DNA of 50,422 bases, filler included, from Jimgerdemannia flammicorona (taxonomy: Eukaryota), in assembly GCA_003990765.1 (NCBI GenBank). It is 2 parts of 2 records of this genome, joined end to end, with 100 filler letters (N's around TTAATTAATTAA, not from the genome) between each part and the next. Parts side by side here need not be neighbours in the genome. Positions count along the whole stretch, not along the records: positions 1 to 25,166 come from RBNJ01000872.1; 1 more part is not named here. One strand, given 5' to 3'. Positions 10,532-21,564 of the stretch are shown here, piece by piece. Under the pieces are notes generated by a model that saw only the letters and a list, made by a program, of their open reading frames with translations, was not told the origin of the DNA and searched no databases. The position numbers and the translations under genes were made by a program. The number at the start of each line of letters is the position of its first letter. The first letter of the stretch is position 1.

Positions 10532-12891
10532 AGTAGAGGAATATAAGAGAGTTATATATAAGAAGAGTAGAATATATTGAGAAAAGCTCTAGATTGTAAG
10601 TATGTATAAGTATAAGTATAAGTATATGTATAAGTATAACTCTACTCAGCTTAGCTGATAGCTGATATCATATAATATCAGCTTATCAGCCTGAGCTTCT
10701 CTAGGCTTATAATTATAAGGCTTATAAAGTCTGGCTTATGCAAATCTTATTCAAACATTTCTTACAAATCTTACTTTAATCTTACTTATAAATCTTACTC
10801 AAACCTCACTATAAATCTCACTGCAAATCTCACTCAATTGGAGCTTATATAGAATATGCTGAATCACATATCTCTAAAGTATATTTTCTGTTTACAGTTA
10901 CATAATAGGTACCAGTTCACTACTTATATATTTTTATTCATCTATCTTCTATCTATAATCAATCTTTAGTCATCATATCTTATACTGCTACCTTATTGCT
11001 CTCTATCTCACTACATCCTAGCTTACTGTCTCTTGTTCTAGACTCTATAGTTTCTGGTTTTCCCTGCTGCTCACTGCTCCCAACTCTGTACTCTCAACTC
11101 TCTGCCCCTAACTCTCTACTCCCAACTCTCTGCTCCCAACTCTCTGCCTCTCAGTTTACTACTCCTCCAGCTTATTCTTCACTCCTTAGCTCACTGCTCC
11201 CCAGTTTACTACTCTCTAGCTCACCACTTCCTAGTTACTTTTTAGCTCTTGGTCTCTCACTCAAGCTCTTAGTCTCTACTATAATTAAATACTATTCAAA
11301 ATATCTAAAGATCAAAATAGGAGAAATTTTAGAACTATCAGATAATATATTAGAGAATATATTAGAGAATATATCAGATATCTCTATTAGTTCATTATTA
11401 CTAATAAGTATAAGAAAAAAATAAAAATAAAACCTAGTGATAGCTAGATATAGAATTATGCCATAAAGGTAGTTTTATATATTGTGTTAATAATTATAGT
11501 CATAAGAGTAGTTGTTCTCATTAATTATAAGAGTAATTAGTTATAAGTAGTTGAGATTATAATATAGTCTTATATCTCTCTATTCAAATAGAATTTACAA
11601 AGTAAGCTTATTTGTTGTAACCATTATATAACTTAGAGTTATATATCAAAGGATAGCAATATCAATAATCTTAAATAACATCTCTGGAAGTATTATAATA
11701 CTATACTCTTACCTCTTCAGCATACTGAGAATTCTTGCTAATCTAAAAAAGATAATATTGTGAGTATGGATAGAATAGAATTCAGAAAGTACTTAAGAGA
11801 TTATTAGAAAAATAATTTATCAAATTTTATTATTACAAATAGGAACACACTAGTAAGACTTTAAGTAATGAGAATTTTTATCAGTTAATTACCAACTTTA
11901 TTGTCACTGGGTATCAGCCATTCTCTACTATTGAAAACTCTAGCTTCAAGTATATCCTTAATATATTATACTCAGATCTGATCCTTTTATTAGCTGATAT
12001 GATTTTATAAGTTATTTGAAAGAAATTTAAACTATTGTAGACTTAAATAAAAGTAAGACTAATAGAGCTTAAGTTGAAGTTATTACTTATACTTAATTGT
12101 TGAATATCAGACATTAATATTAAGACCTTTTTTGAAATAATAGTCTATTGGATTGATAGTAATTAGAAGGTGTATAATATTATTTTAGACTTTGTAAATA
12201 TCAGTAAAATAATACATATAGGTGCCAATTTTTCAAAGAGTCTAGAGCTGGTAATAGATAATTTGTTATCTAGTAATAATCAAATTATTACTATTATGTG
12301 TGATAATACTAGTAACAATAATACTTTGTTTGAGAATCTCTATTATCTGCTTACTTATATTTACTATTTTTAGTATATATTGAATCTCTTTATTTATGAT
12401 ACTCTTGATTCTCTTAGCAAGTCTATTAGAAAGCTATAAGAGTTAATAAAGAAGATCAAAAATTTAGTATAATAATAAGTACAACTGGCAAAAGTCTATA
12501 AATCCTTCAGAATTCCCATTTTGAAGCCTCTCTTAGATATTATAATGAGATTGAGTTCTATATATAAAATATTAGCATATGTTTAGGAGATTTATAAGAT
12601 AAGATTTCAAATCTATTTGTATAGATTTTAGAATGTGATTCAGAAGTATTTTGGTACTAATAAATTGATATTATATCTAAATAGAGTTTGAATATATTAT
12701 ATATCATAAATAAGCAAATAAGTGATATATCTGAAGATATAAGATAATAATTTGAATTGATTTGCCAATTTCTCAAGCCTTTTGCCAAAGTGACAACTAT
12801 AATATAAGCTTCAAAGTATCCTACAATAGTGGCTGTTCTTCTACTATTTAATTGGCTATATAATTACCTTGAAGATATTATTGATATATAT

Positions 12892-13388
12892 TGTAATGTA
12901 GCAGATGCTTACTCTTGAAAGTACGTCGGATTTCTGTATCTTGAAAAATTGACTGTTCTGACTCTTGCAGAGTCTCTTGAAGTTGTAGGGGAGAGTGGGT
13001 GAGTTCGAAGTGTATCTGCCCACAGGCTTACTAGTTCCTTTGCTATCTCTTTACTTTTGAACTATTTCGATCTGAGGTTTATTCACTCTAAGATACTGGG
13101 TTATTTATATAAGTTTTGCTAGCTATAAGGTGGCTAAGTTATGACTATGTTTTCTGTGAGTCAGCAAGTATAAATTCTCTACATCTGCCAGAATCTTTAT
13201 AATCATGAAAGATTTACATCTGTAGAATTTCTACAGTTGCCAAAGTTTCTACAAATGTTAAAGTTTCTACACTTGTAAAATATGACTGCTATTTGTAAGG
13301 CTAAGCTATATTGAGAATTAGATTCAGGTACTGTAATCAAATGTCTAATTTCCCTGATTCATATTACTAATTTGGATTGACCATCATA
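12892..13388 (-). repeat. 3' LTR of Gypsy A
   Basis: Direct repeat of 19175-19671, differing almost only by transitions. Confidence 0.92.
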
Positions 13389-13891
13389 ACTTCCTCCTGA
13401 ATAGGTGATTCATTCCTGAAGTATCCTATTCAATCAAACTCCCAGACTTCTACAATCTGTATCTCCTTATACTGTGCAATTTGTGTTATCACGTTCTTCC
13501 AATGTTATCTCCTAACCTGTCTGAAATCTCCTGGGATTACTTCTTGAAGATGAGCTAGAGCTGACTCATCATCTTTGAATAATTTGTGCACTCTCTTGGT
13601 GATCATGATCTGAATGTAGATGAGCTGACATTCTTTAATCCAGTCTTCTTTCTCCATCTTCGGATTTGAATTCAGTAGTTGTCCTAGCTTGAAGTATTCC
13701 TGAAACTCAGTTCATATCTGGTAGGCTTTGAAGTGTAAAATTCGTGATAGGTGGGTCTGGACTATACTTTGTATACTATCAAAGGATTCCTCCATTGTTG
13801 GTGGTTCAGTAGAATACCATTGTCTCTCTATGACTCATTGAGTGGTGCTGGTGATCTTGAGGGCAGCTGTATTACTTCATTGGCTGGTCAT
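13367..13891 (-). pseudogene. Extra sense ORF (~175 codons) between integrase and 3' LTR of Gypsy A
   Basis: ATG at 13891 overlaps the integrase end (NRLKKYHD). The frame MTSQ*SNTAALKIT...MEESFDSIQSIVQTHL...EYFKLGQLL...KRVHKLF...HL... is broken only by TGA/TAA stops explicable as CGA/CAA decay, and ends just inside the LTR. Confidence 0.65.
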
Positions 13892-16584
13892 GGTACTTCT
13901 TGAGTCTGTTTTGATAGATAGTAGTAGGGATGATTGTGTCTGAGAGTTTTTATAGCCAAAAGGTGGTCCCTTTTATATCTTGTACAAGATAAGGTCCTTC
14001 TTACTTGGGCTCTAGTTTTTGTGACCATGAAGCTTCTACTATATTTTGATACACTAGGACTTTATCTCCTATCTTGATAATATCCAAGGGTTTGTGGGTT
14101 TTTTCCACATTCCTCCATTGTAGTGTCTGTGCCTTGGTTATGTAATCCTCAGCCTTCTTCCTAATTTGGTGTAGTCTCCATATTTCTGTATCCATATGTT
14201 TCCATACAGCATCTCTATTGGATGATAGAGTTCTCTGAGAACATTCTTCTCTGAATAGTATTTCTCGAGGGGTAAAGTGGGTGCTTTGTAATCAGATATC
14301 CTGGAGAGTGGATAATGCTATTGGCAGATAGTAATCCCAGTTCTCATAGTTATCGCAGATCTTAGCAATAATGTTCTTGAGGGTCTTATTGGTCCTTTCT
14401 ACTTGTCCATTTCCTTGAGGGTGATATGCTGTGGTCCAAATATGCTAGATCTTGTACTTCTTGTAGAGAACTTTGAAGAACTAGTTCACAAATTCTATTC
14501 CTCTATCTGTGGTTACTTGCAATGAGGTCTTGAATTGGTAGATGATTTCTTTGTGGAAGAAATCGGTGATTGACTATGCATTGGCTTCCATGAGGGGTCC
14601 TGCTTTTATCCATTTTGTAAAAAGGTCTACAATAACAATGATGTATCAGTTGCCAGTCAAAGTCAAGGGTAGAGGGCTGATTACATCCATTGCAATGTGG
14701 GCAAATAGTACTGGTTCTATGTGTGCTGATCCTGGGGCTCGATTTCATTGATCTTGTTTCTGTTTCTGGCATTTGTCACAGGTCTTGACAAATTGTCTAA
14801 TATCTTCCTCCATCCCTGGCCACTATATTGTTCTTCTTGTCTTGTCATATGTATTCATTCCTCTTAGATGGCCAAGTTCGTATATTGATTTCATTGCTTG
14901 CTCCTTCTTGTGTTCTGGTATGACTAGTAGTTTTCCTTTCTTCAGTATTTCTCCATCAGTTTCGAATTGTTTCCATGTTCTGTTGATAATCATTTGTGTC
15001 CATTCTTCCAGATGTTGGGGCATCTTTCACTGTCCCAGATACATGATAATTCCATAGTAGAGCTCCTTATTCATGATTGATTTGTTGGTTGGAAGTAGTT
15101 TGGGGTGTCCATGAGAGGGCATCTGCATTGGCATTGGTTCTTCCAGAGCAGTATATGATGGTTACATCATAAGCTTGTAACTTCATTATCCATCTGGCAT
15201 AGATTCCTTTGGGTTGTCTAGTTATCAGTAGTCAGGTGAGAGCTGAGTAGTCCATTTGGATGGTGAAGTATCTTCCAGCCAAGTAGTAGTGGAACTTTTC
15301 TACAGTCCAGATAACTGCGAGGCATTCCAACTTGTAGAATTCGTATTCTTTTTCAGCTCCTTGGGTTCTGCAGCTGAGGTATGCAATGACATACTCCACT
15401 TTATCTTTCTTTTGAGCTAGAACTGCTCTTAGTCCTTGTGCACTTGCATCAGTTTGTAGGATGAATTCTTGAGTCCAGTCAGGTCTTCTAAGGATGGGTG
15501 CCTGGGTCAGTCTAACCTTGAGTTCATCAAATGCTTTTTGTTGTTTGCCAGTCTACTGGAACTTGGTATCCTTCTTGTTAAGTTTGTAGATTGGTTCTGC
15601 AATATTAGAAAATCCTCTAATAAATCTGCAATAATAGAAGGTGAGTCCCATGAAGGCTTGGGCTTCTGTAACAGTGATGGGTCTTGGGTATGCTGCCACT
15701 GCTTCTATCTTGAGGGGGTCCGTGTGTATTCCATCTCAGTTGATGATGTGGCTGAGATAGGAGATCTCAATTTCTGCGAATTTGCATTTCTTGGGCTTGA
15801 TGTATAGGCCATGCTCTCTCAGTCTTTCCATTATCTGCCGGATGTGCTGCAGGTGTTCTTCTGGTGTCTGGCTGTAGATAATTATATCATCAACATAGAC
15901 CATCATCCATCTTCCCATATCATAGTGGAAGATTTTGTTCATTATTTGCTGGAAACTTACTGATACATTGCACATTCCAAATGGCATTCGTAGGTAGATG
16001 TAGGTTCCATCTGGGGTGATGAAAGCTGACTTTTCACTTGCCATGTCTGTGAGTCTAATTTGGTGGAATCCTGAGTATAAGTCCAAAGTGCTGTAGTACT
16101 ATGCTTCATCTCTCAGTATTATGAGGATGTTATTGATGAGGGGCAGTGGTTGGTGATCCTTCTTGGTAACCATGTTGAGCTTTCTGTAGTCAATACAGAG
16201 TCTTGGGGTGAATTCTCCAGGCTTGCTGCCTTTTTTCGGGGCTAGTACAACAGGTGAGAACTAGGGGTTGCTGGCTTCTTTAATGATGCTGGCTTCTTCT
16301 ATCTGCTTGATTTCTTCTCTGAGCCATTCTTGATAGGCTGGCGGGACAGGTCTTGCCTTCTGATAAATTGGTTCAGTGTCTCCAGTATCTACTTCATGAT
16401 AGTAGTGTGGGGTCTTTCCTTTGATATCTTTGAAATCTGTGGCAAGAACATCTTCAAATTCATGGAGTATTTCCTTGAGTTCTTTCTTGAGTAGAAATTC
16501 GTTTCTGATGGTGTAGCTGTGCTTGCTTGTGTTTTCCTCCTTCTTATGCTCGAGTTCGGTGATCTTGGTGCTGGCAAATACTCC

Positions 16585-17004
16585 TCTTCCTGTGGATCCA
16601 AATCCTTTCTTTTCTCTTTTCATTTCCTCCAGCTTTTTAGCTTCTATGATCTTTGGTTGTAGGATCGGAAAGATCAACATTTGTACCAATCAGTCCTTCT
16701 TCTTGACTGGAAATGGGATTGTAGGATTGTAATTCCTAGCAATAAGTAGAATTTCTCCAGTATAGTCTGAATCGATGACTCCTCCTTTGATTGTGATTTT
16801 GCTTCTAGCTAGGCTGCTTCTTGTCTTGAGAATCCCAATATGATCCTTTGAGATGGTCATCTCTAGTCCAGTTGTGAGTAGGGTGGTTGTCTGGGGTTTC
16901 AGTACAGTCTCTTCTACTGTAGCAATATCTATTCCAGCTGCATTTTCTGACTTGTATTCTGGCAAGACTGCATCAGGGTGGATCTTTCGAATCTTGACCT
17001 TGAT
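16585..17004 (-). pseudogene. dUTPase domain of Gypsy A, between protease and RT
   Basis: All five trimeric dUTPase motifs: AAGIDI, RSSLA, GVIDSDYTGE, VQML, KGFGSTG; one in-frame stop at 16690. Confidence 0.92.
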
Positions 17005-19174
17005 TTCTTCTTCATCATTACTGTCCTCTAGGAGGGCTGGTGGTTCATCATCTTCCTCCTTCTCTTCTTCTCTGATCTGTTTTTCAAGAGCTTTCTGCCT
17101 TCTTTCTTGGTAGATCTTCTTGATTCCGATGGTGCACTGGTAGCAATCATTGACATACTCCATACAGTATATCTTGATTCCATGAGGACAGACTCCTTGT
17201 GGGACATAACCTTCTGCAATCTTCTTGCACCATTCTTCTTTACTCATCTATCCAACTTTCTTCTTCTTTAGAATGGTCACCATATAAGCTTCCTCTTGCT
17301 CACTCTCTTCTTCCTCTATGTCAGGCAGGACTCCTTTGTTGACATTGATGGAAATTTATATCTTCTGTCCCTGGTAGGTGATCTGTATCTTCTGAGCATT
17401 GAGATCGATTACTGCCTTGGCTTTGTGAAGCCATTGATTGCTGATGAGGATGTCATAGTTGGTGGCATTGGTTACAATTATATTTACTGGGATGGTTGCT
17501 CCTCCAATCTTAATGGGAACATCTCGGATCTTTCCCAGAGGTGTGGCTCTTATGCCATCAGCTGTAACAAACACCAGCTTAGTTGCTTCTTCCACATCCC
17601 AACCTAGGCGGTCTGCTGCCTTCTTGCTGAGAAGACATCCTCCTGCTTCCATATCAATGATGGCTTCAAAGATTCTATCTTCGATTTGGCATATTGCATA
17701 AGCAGAGGTTTTGTGATTGTCCTCACTTTCTTCTCCTGAGTCCTCTTGAATGTTATTGGCCTTGGTTATCTTCCATTCTTATTCCTTAGTTGTTTCGGCA
17801 AGTCCAAACCTCATTTGCTGTCTGAATGTCGGGATTTCTGCGAGCTGACCAAAGGTTGCATTGACTTTTTGTTGACTGAGGTCCCTGAAGATATCATACT
17901 TGAAGGTCTTGGTCTTGTGAAGCTTCTTTTCTTTTTCTCCTTCACTGGCTGGAGTGGTTCCTTGGATGATATCTTGAACTACTTGCTCCAGCTCCATATC
18001 TTGGTCCATCTCTTCAGCTTGGCTTTCTGTAGCAGTTTCCATCTGCTTTTCCACTGGGTTCTTCTTGGGTCTTCCTGGCAGTCTCTTGTAGGGTTCTTTG
18101 CAAACATCCTTCTTGGTGGTCTGAGCAGGATAGGCCTCCTATTCCTCTTTATCGGATTCTCTGATTTCTTTAAAGGTAATTGTGTTGGCCTGTTTCTTAT
18201 TTCTAGTAGCATTGCTTGGTTGGGCCTTATGCTTAGTTTCACTCATATATTTGTATGAGTAGTGGCCTTCTTCTCCACAAGTATAGCAGGTGCCTTTCTT
18301 CTTGTCTGAGGTGGCAGCAAACTTCTGAACAGGGTGGCAGTCTCTTCCTCAAATTTCCTTTACCACATCTCCCAGGTGGGCAGTCATTTTGGCAAACCTT
18401 TTGGCAAGTTCCTCTATAGGGTCACTATTCTTTTGCTGCTCTGTAGCTTTTGGCTAAGGTGTGTTTTGATTAATCATTATGGTAGAGATCACACTGGTTG
18501 CCTTGGGTGCTTCAATTTTGACTCCCATGACCCTTTCCATTGTATGGTCTTGTGGATGTCTGGCTATCCAGTATCGCTGAGTATAGATGACCTTCTGTGG
18601 CAGATCCAGAATCACTGGTGATGAGCAGATGGCCATGGCTATCTCTGGGTGGACTCCTTTCATGAAGGTTGCTTTGGCTACTTGGTCTCAGATAGTATCG
18701 GCATAATCTGCAAGGATTAACTAATATTGGATTCTGGTGTAGAATGTGTTTGGATCTTTGCTCATTCCTTGGTATGTTGTATTGAGCTAATCCTTCAGAG
18801 CTTGCTTGATCTCATCTGTATAGTAGGTGTTTTTGAAGCCAGGTCTTCTGTGCTATCAGTGTAGCATCGGCATCATTTCCCACATAGTTTGCAGCTGTGA
18901 ATGCTGCTCTTGCAGGGCCTCATAGGCTAAAGGGCATAAGGGCTACTTGCTGTGCTGCTGTCAGGGTCCTTACAGTGGCATACTACTCAAAATCATCAAT
19001 GAAGGTGATGATTGATTCATCTGAGGTATATCTATAGAATACTGGTAGTCTCATATCCATCTTGTCTGGGTATTGGGGCTCAGTTTGTATGGTTGTTTGG
19101 GTAGTGGTAGTTGTTCATTGTTTAGCTTGAAAGTGAGGGATTCATCTTGAATCACTAGCCAATAGGCACCAAGT

Positions 19175-19671
19175 TATAATGTAGTGGATGCTTACTCTTG
19201 AAAGTATATCAGATTTCTGTATCTTGAAAACTTGACTGTTCTGACTCTCACAGAGTCTCTTGAAGTTGCAGGGGAGGGTGGGTGAGTTTGAAGTATATCT
19301 GCCTGCAGGCTTACTAGTTTCTTTACTATCTCTTTGCTTTTGAACTATTTTGATCTGAGGTTTAATCACTCTAAGATACTGGGTTATTTATATAAGTTTT
19401 GCTAGCTATAAGGTGGCTAAGTTATGACTACATTTTCTGTAAGTCAGTAAGTATAAATTCTCTACATCTGCTAGAATCTTTACAATCGTGAAAGATTTAC
19501 ATCTGTAGAATTTCTACAGTTGCCAAAGTTTCTATGAATATTAAAGTTTCTACACTTGTAAAATATGACTGCTATTTATAAGGCTAAGCTATATTGGAAA
19601 TTAGATTCAGGTACCATGATCAAATATCTAATTCTCCTGATTCATGTTACTAATTCAGATTGACTGTCACA
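19175..19671 (-). repeat. 5' LTR of Gypsy A
   Basis: Direct repeat of 12892-13388, adjacent to the PBS-like sequence. Confidence 0.92.
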
Positions 19672-20479
19672 ATAACAAACTAGTAAATATTTTAATTAGG
19701 TATACATAATTTTGAAGGTAATTTTATTTATAAATTTAGGAACTATTTAGTAAGTAATTGAGAAGTAATATATATATATTTTAATTTTTTAATTTTTTAA
19801 TTTTTTTTTTTATAAATACTACTTACTATTACTGAGAATATATATATAAAACTTCTAAAATATTACTACAAGATTACACTATTATACAGTATAGCTTTAG
19901 TCTTAGATCTATATATTAATTTATATTATTTCTATTATAAGTAATGGAAAAAATATTTAATTGATGAATGGAAGAATCAGATAGAATATATCTGAGAAAA
20001 AGAGTATAAGTCTATTAATGCTATAATTATACCCTCAATATCTCATAATGTCAATGATTTTATCAACTTAATATATGAGAAAAAACAGTACATCAATATA
20101 AATAATAAATTTGAATAGTGGATATTGTTGTTATGTTTTTTAGTTAGCTTAATTGATTTTTACTTATATTTCTCTATTTTAGTTATTTGTCAGAGAATTT
20201 AGCTAATCTTTATATAGATATATTAGATTGGTGATGGTAAAATCAGTCAGTATATCCTAATCTTTCATAAATAGCTTATAATTATTTTACTATTTTAGTG
20301 ATATCTGTTCTATTTGAATATATTTTATCTATTACTGGTGAGCTAATGACTGAATATCAAAACAGATTATGTGTAAATATAATTTATATATATATGTATC
20401 TGGATTCTTAATAGTCTTCAGATATTTTTTACTTCTAATTATTCTGAATATTATTCAAATATTATCCAAATCATTTTTT

Positions 20480-20790
20480 CAGAGCAGAGTTCAGAGAGTT
20501 GAGTTCAGGGTTAAATTTAGAGGTTGGGTTCAGAATTAGGTTCAGGGGTTGAGTTCAGGGTCAGGTTTAGGATAAATAATAAATTAGATTAAAGTTAGGT
20601 GATATATATTTTCAGATCAGGTTAAAGATGGGTAACATATAATTCTAGGTCAGATTAAAGACAGGTGATGTATAATTCCAGATCAGGTTAAAGACAAATG
20701 ATATATAATTCCAGATTGAGTTAAAGACAAGTAATATCTAATTTTGGATTAGCTGTTTTATGGGTTAGATTTTGGATTAATTGAGTCAGA
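20480..20790 (-). repeat. Right subterminal repeats of the hAT
   Basis: GAGTTCAGGG-like units and inverted copies of the left 33-bp unit (CAGATCAGGTTAAAGACAGGTGATATATAATT-like). Confidence 0.78.
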
Positions 20791-20812
20791 TTTATAGAGT
20801 ACTAATGATGAT

Positions 20813-21063
20813 TGCTCTAATTATAAAGTCTATCCAGTCACTGTAGGCCTAAAGAAACTAATCATCTAACAGTTTTATAGCTCTACTCATAGTGCTGAAG
20901 CTAGAACCAAGCTCAGAAATCTGTAATTCTATACTAATAGAAAAGAAGATCTTGAAGCATTTACTACAAGACTGGAAACTCTTTTGAATACTATAGGAGT
21001 AGAATACAGCTATTAAGAACAGCCTATAAATAGAACCTGAGCTACCTACTTCTTTAATACTAT
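20813..21063 (+). mobile_element. Continuation of the outer Gypsy-like gag, ending at the Copia insertion
   Basis: Reads QFYSSTHSAEARTKLRNL*...EDLEAFTTRLETLL, a retrotransposon Gag-like pattern. Confidence 0.5.
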
Positions 21064-21226
21064 TGTAAAATACTGGAATTTGAGGGATAAAGAAGCAATC
21101 TTTATTGATATGCGCAAAGCACGTATTTACGCGTTGATGACGTTTCCACTGATGACGTCCTCACATGTGAGCTGCGCCACCTTCACGTGAGCTACATACC
21201 GAGTTGATTAGCTAGAAATCTCAACA
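21064..21226 (-). repeat. 3' LTR of the Copia element, 163 bp
   Basis: TG...CA termini directly after the PPT; internal AATAAA. The partner LTR is not visible. Confidence 0.75.
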
Positions 21227-21564
21227 CTCCCGCTCAATGAGATATGCGCTCAAACTGCAGAAATGCATGCTAACTAACTAATGAATGCAATGCAGGAAAC
21301 GATAGGTAGAATGGGTGCTATCTATCAACCTAAAAATGTCCGAATTCCCTGCTTCTAAGCACTAAAATAGGTAGAATATGTAGTAGAAAGGGTGCGCTAG
21401 GAACTGATAAACAGTCCGAATGTCCGAAATGGATGTCTGCTTGAAATGTTTGCTTGCTTGCTTGCAAATAGAAATGCAGTATGGATGTGCAATGTTCATA
21501 GGAGATGTAAGATGTATATGTTGGAGGCTTTTCGCTGTTAGGAAAGTCTTGTGATTTGCGTCGA

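Larger units (their letters stand above)
12892..19671 (-). mobile_element. Full-length degenerate Ty3/Gypsy retrotransposon A: gag-PR-dUTPase-RT-RH-IN plus extra 3' ORF
   Basis: Two 497-bp LTRs; PBS-like TGGTGCC... next to the 5' LTR; PPT AGGAGGAAGT at 13389-13398. Zinc knuckle CYTCGEEGH, protease region 17356-17660, RT DLYSGFHQ/MPFG/YVDD, RNase H and integrase remnants with many C-to-T stops. Confidence 0.95.
11430..20420 (+). pseudogene. hAT transposase pseudogene, split by the Gypsy at 12892-19671
   Basis: ILDF...HIGANF...ITIMCDNTSNN (12170-12373); FLKPFAKVTT...SKYPT (~12770-12830); YSIALVLDL (~19885); dimerisation-domain-like DILDW*W*NQSVYPNLS*IAYNYFTI (~20218-20300). Ends are approximate. 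Confidence 0.8.
8247..20804 (+). mobile_element. hAT-superfamily DNA transposon, degenerate, with nested MITE and Gypsy
   Basis: TIRs TAGTACTCTACAA / TTATAGAGTACTA. 8-bp flanks ATAATAAT (8239-8246) and ATGATGAT (20805-20812) differ only by transitions. Inverted subterminal repeat arrays and hAT transposase remnants inside. Confidence 0.85.

Noticed and set aside
10996..11424. 142-aa Leu/Ser-rich ORF
   Set aside because: Low-complexity repeat sequence inside the hAT, with no ATG start.
14542..18621. Plus-strand ORFs within Gypsy A (and equivalents in Gypsy B, the Copia, the LINE and the TauD gene)
   Set aside because: Antisense shadows of real coding frames.
19150..19172. Assigning specific primer tRNAs to the PBS sites (also ~42870-42885)
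   Set aside because: Sites are mutated and compatible with more than one tRNA; host tRNA sequences are needed.
12887..19676. Target-site duplication for Gypsy A
   Set aside because: Flanks TATAT and ATAAC do not match; boundaries rest on the LTR pair only.
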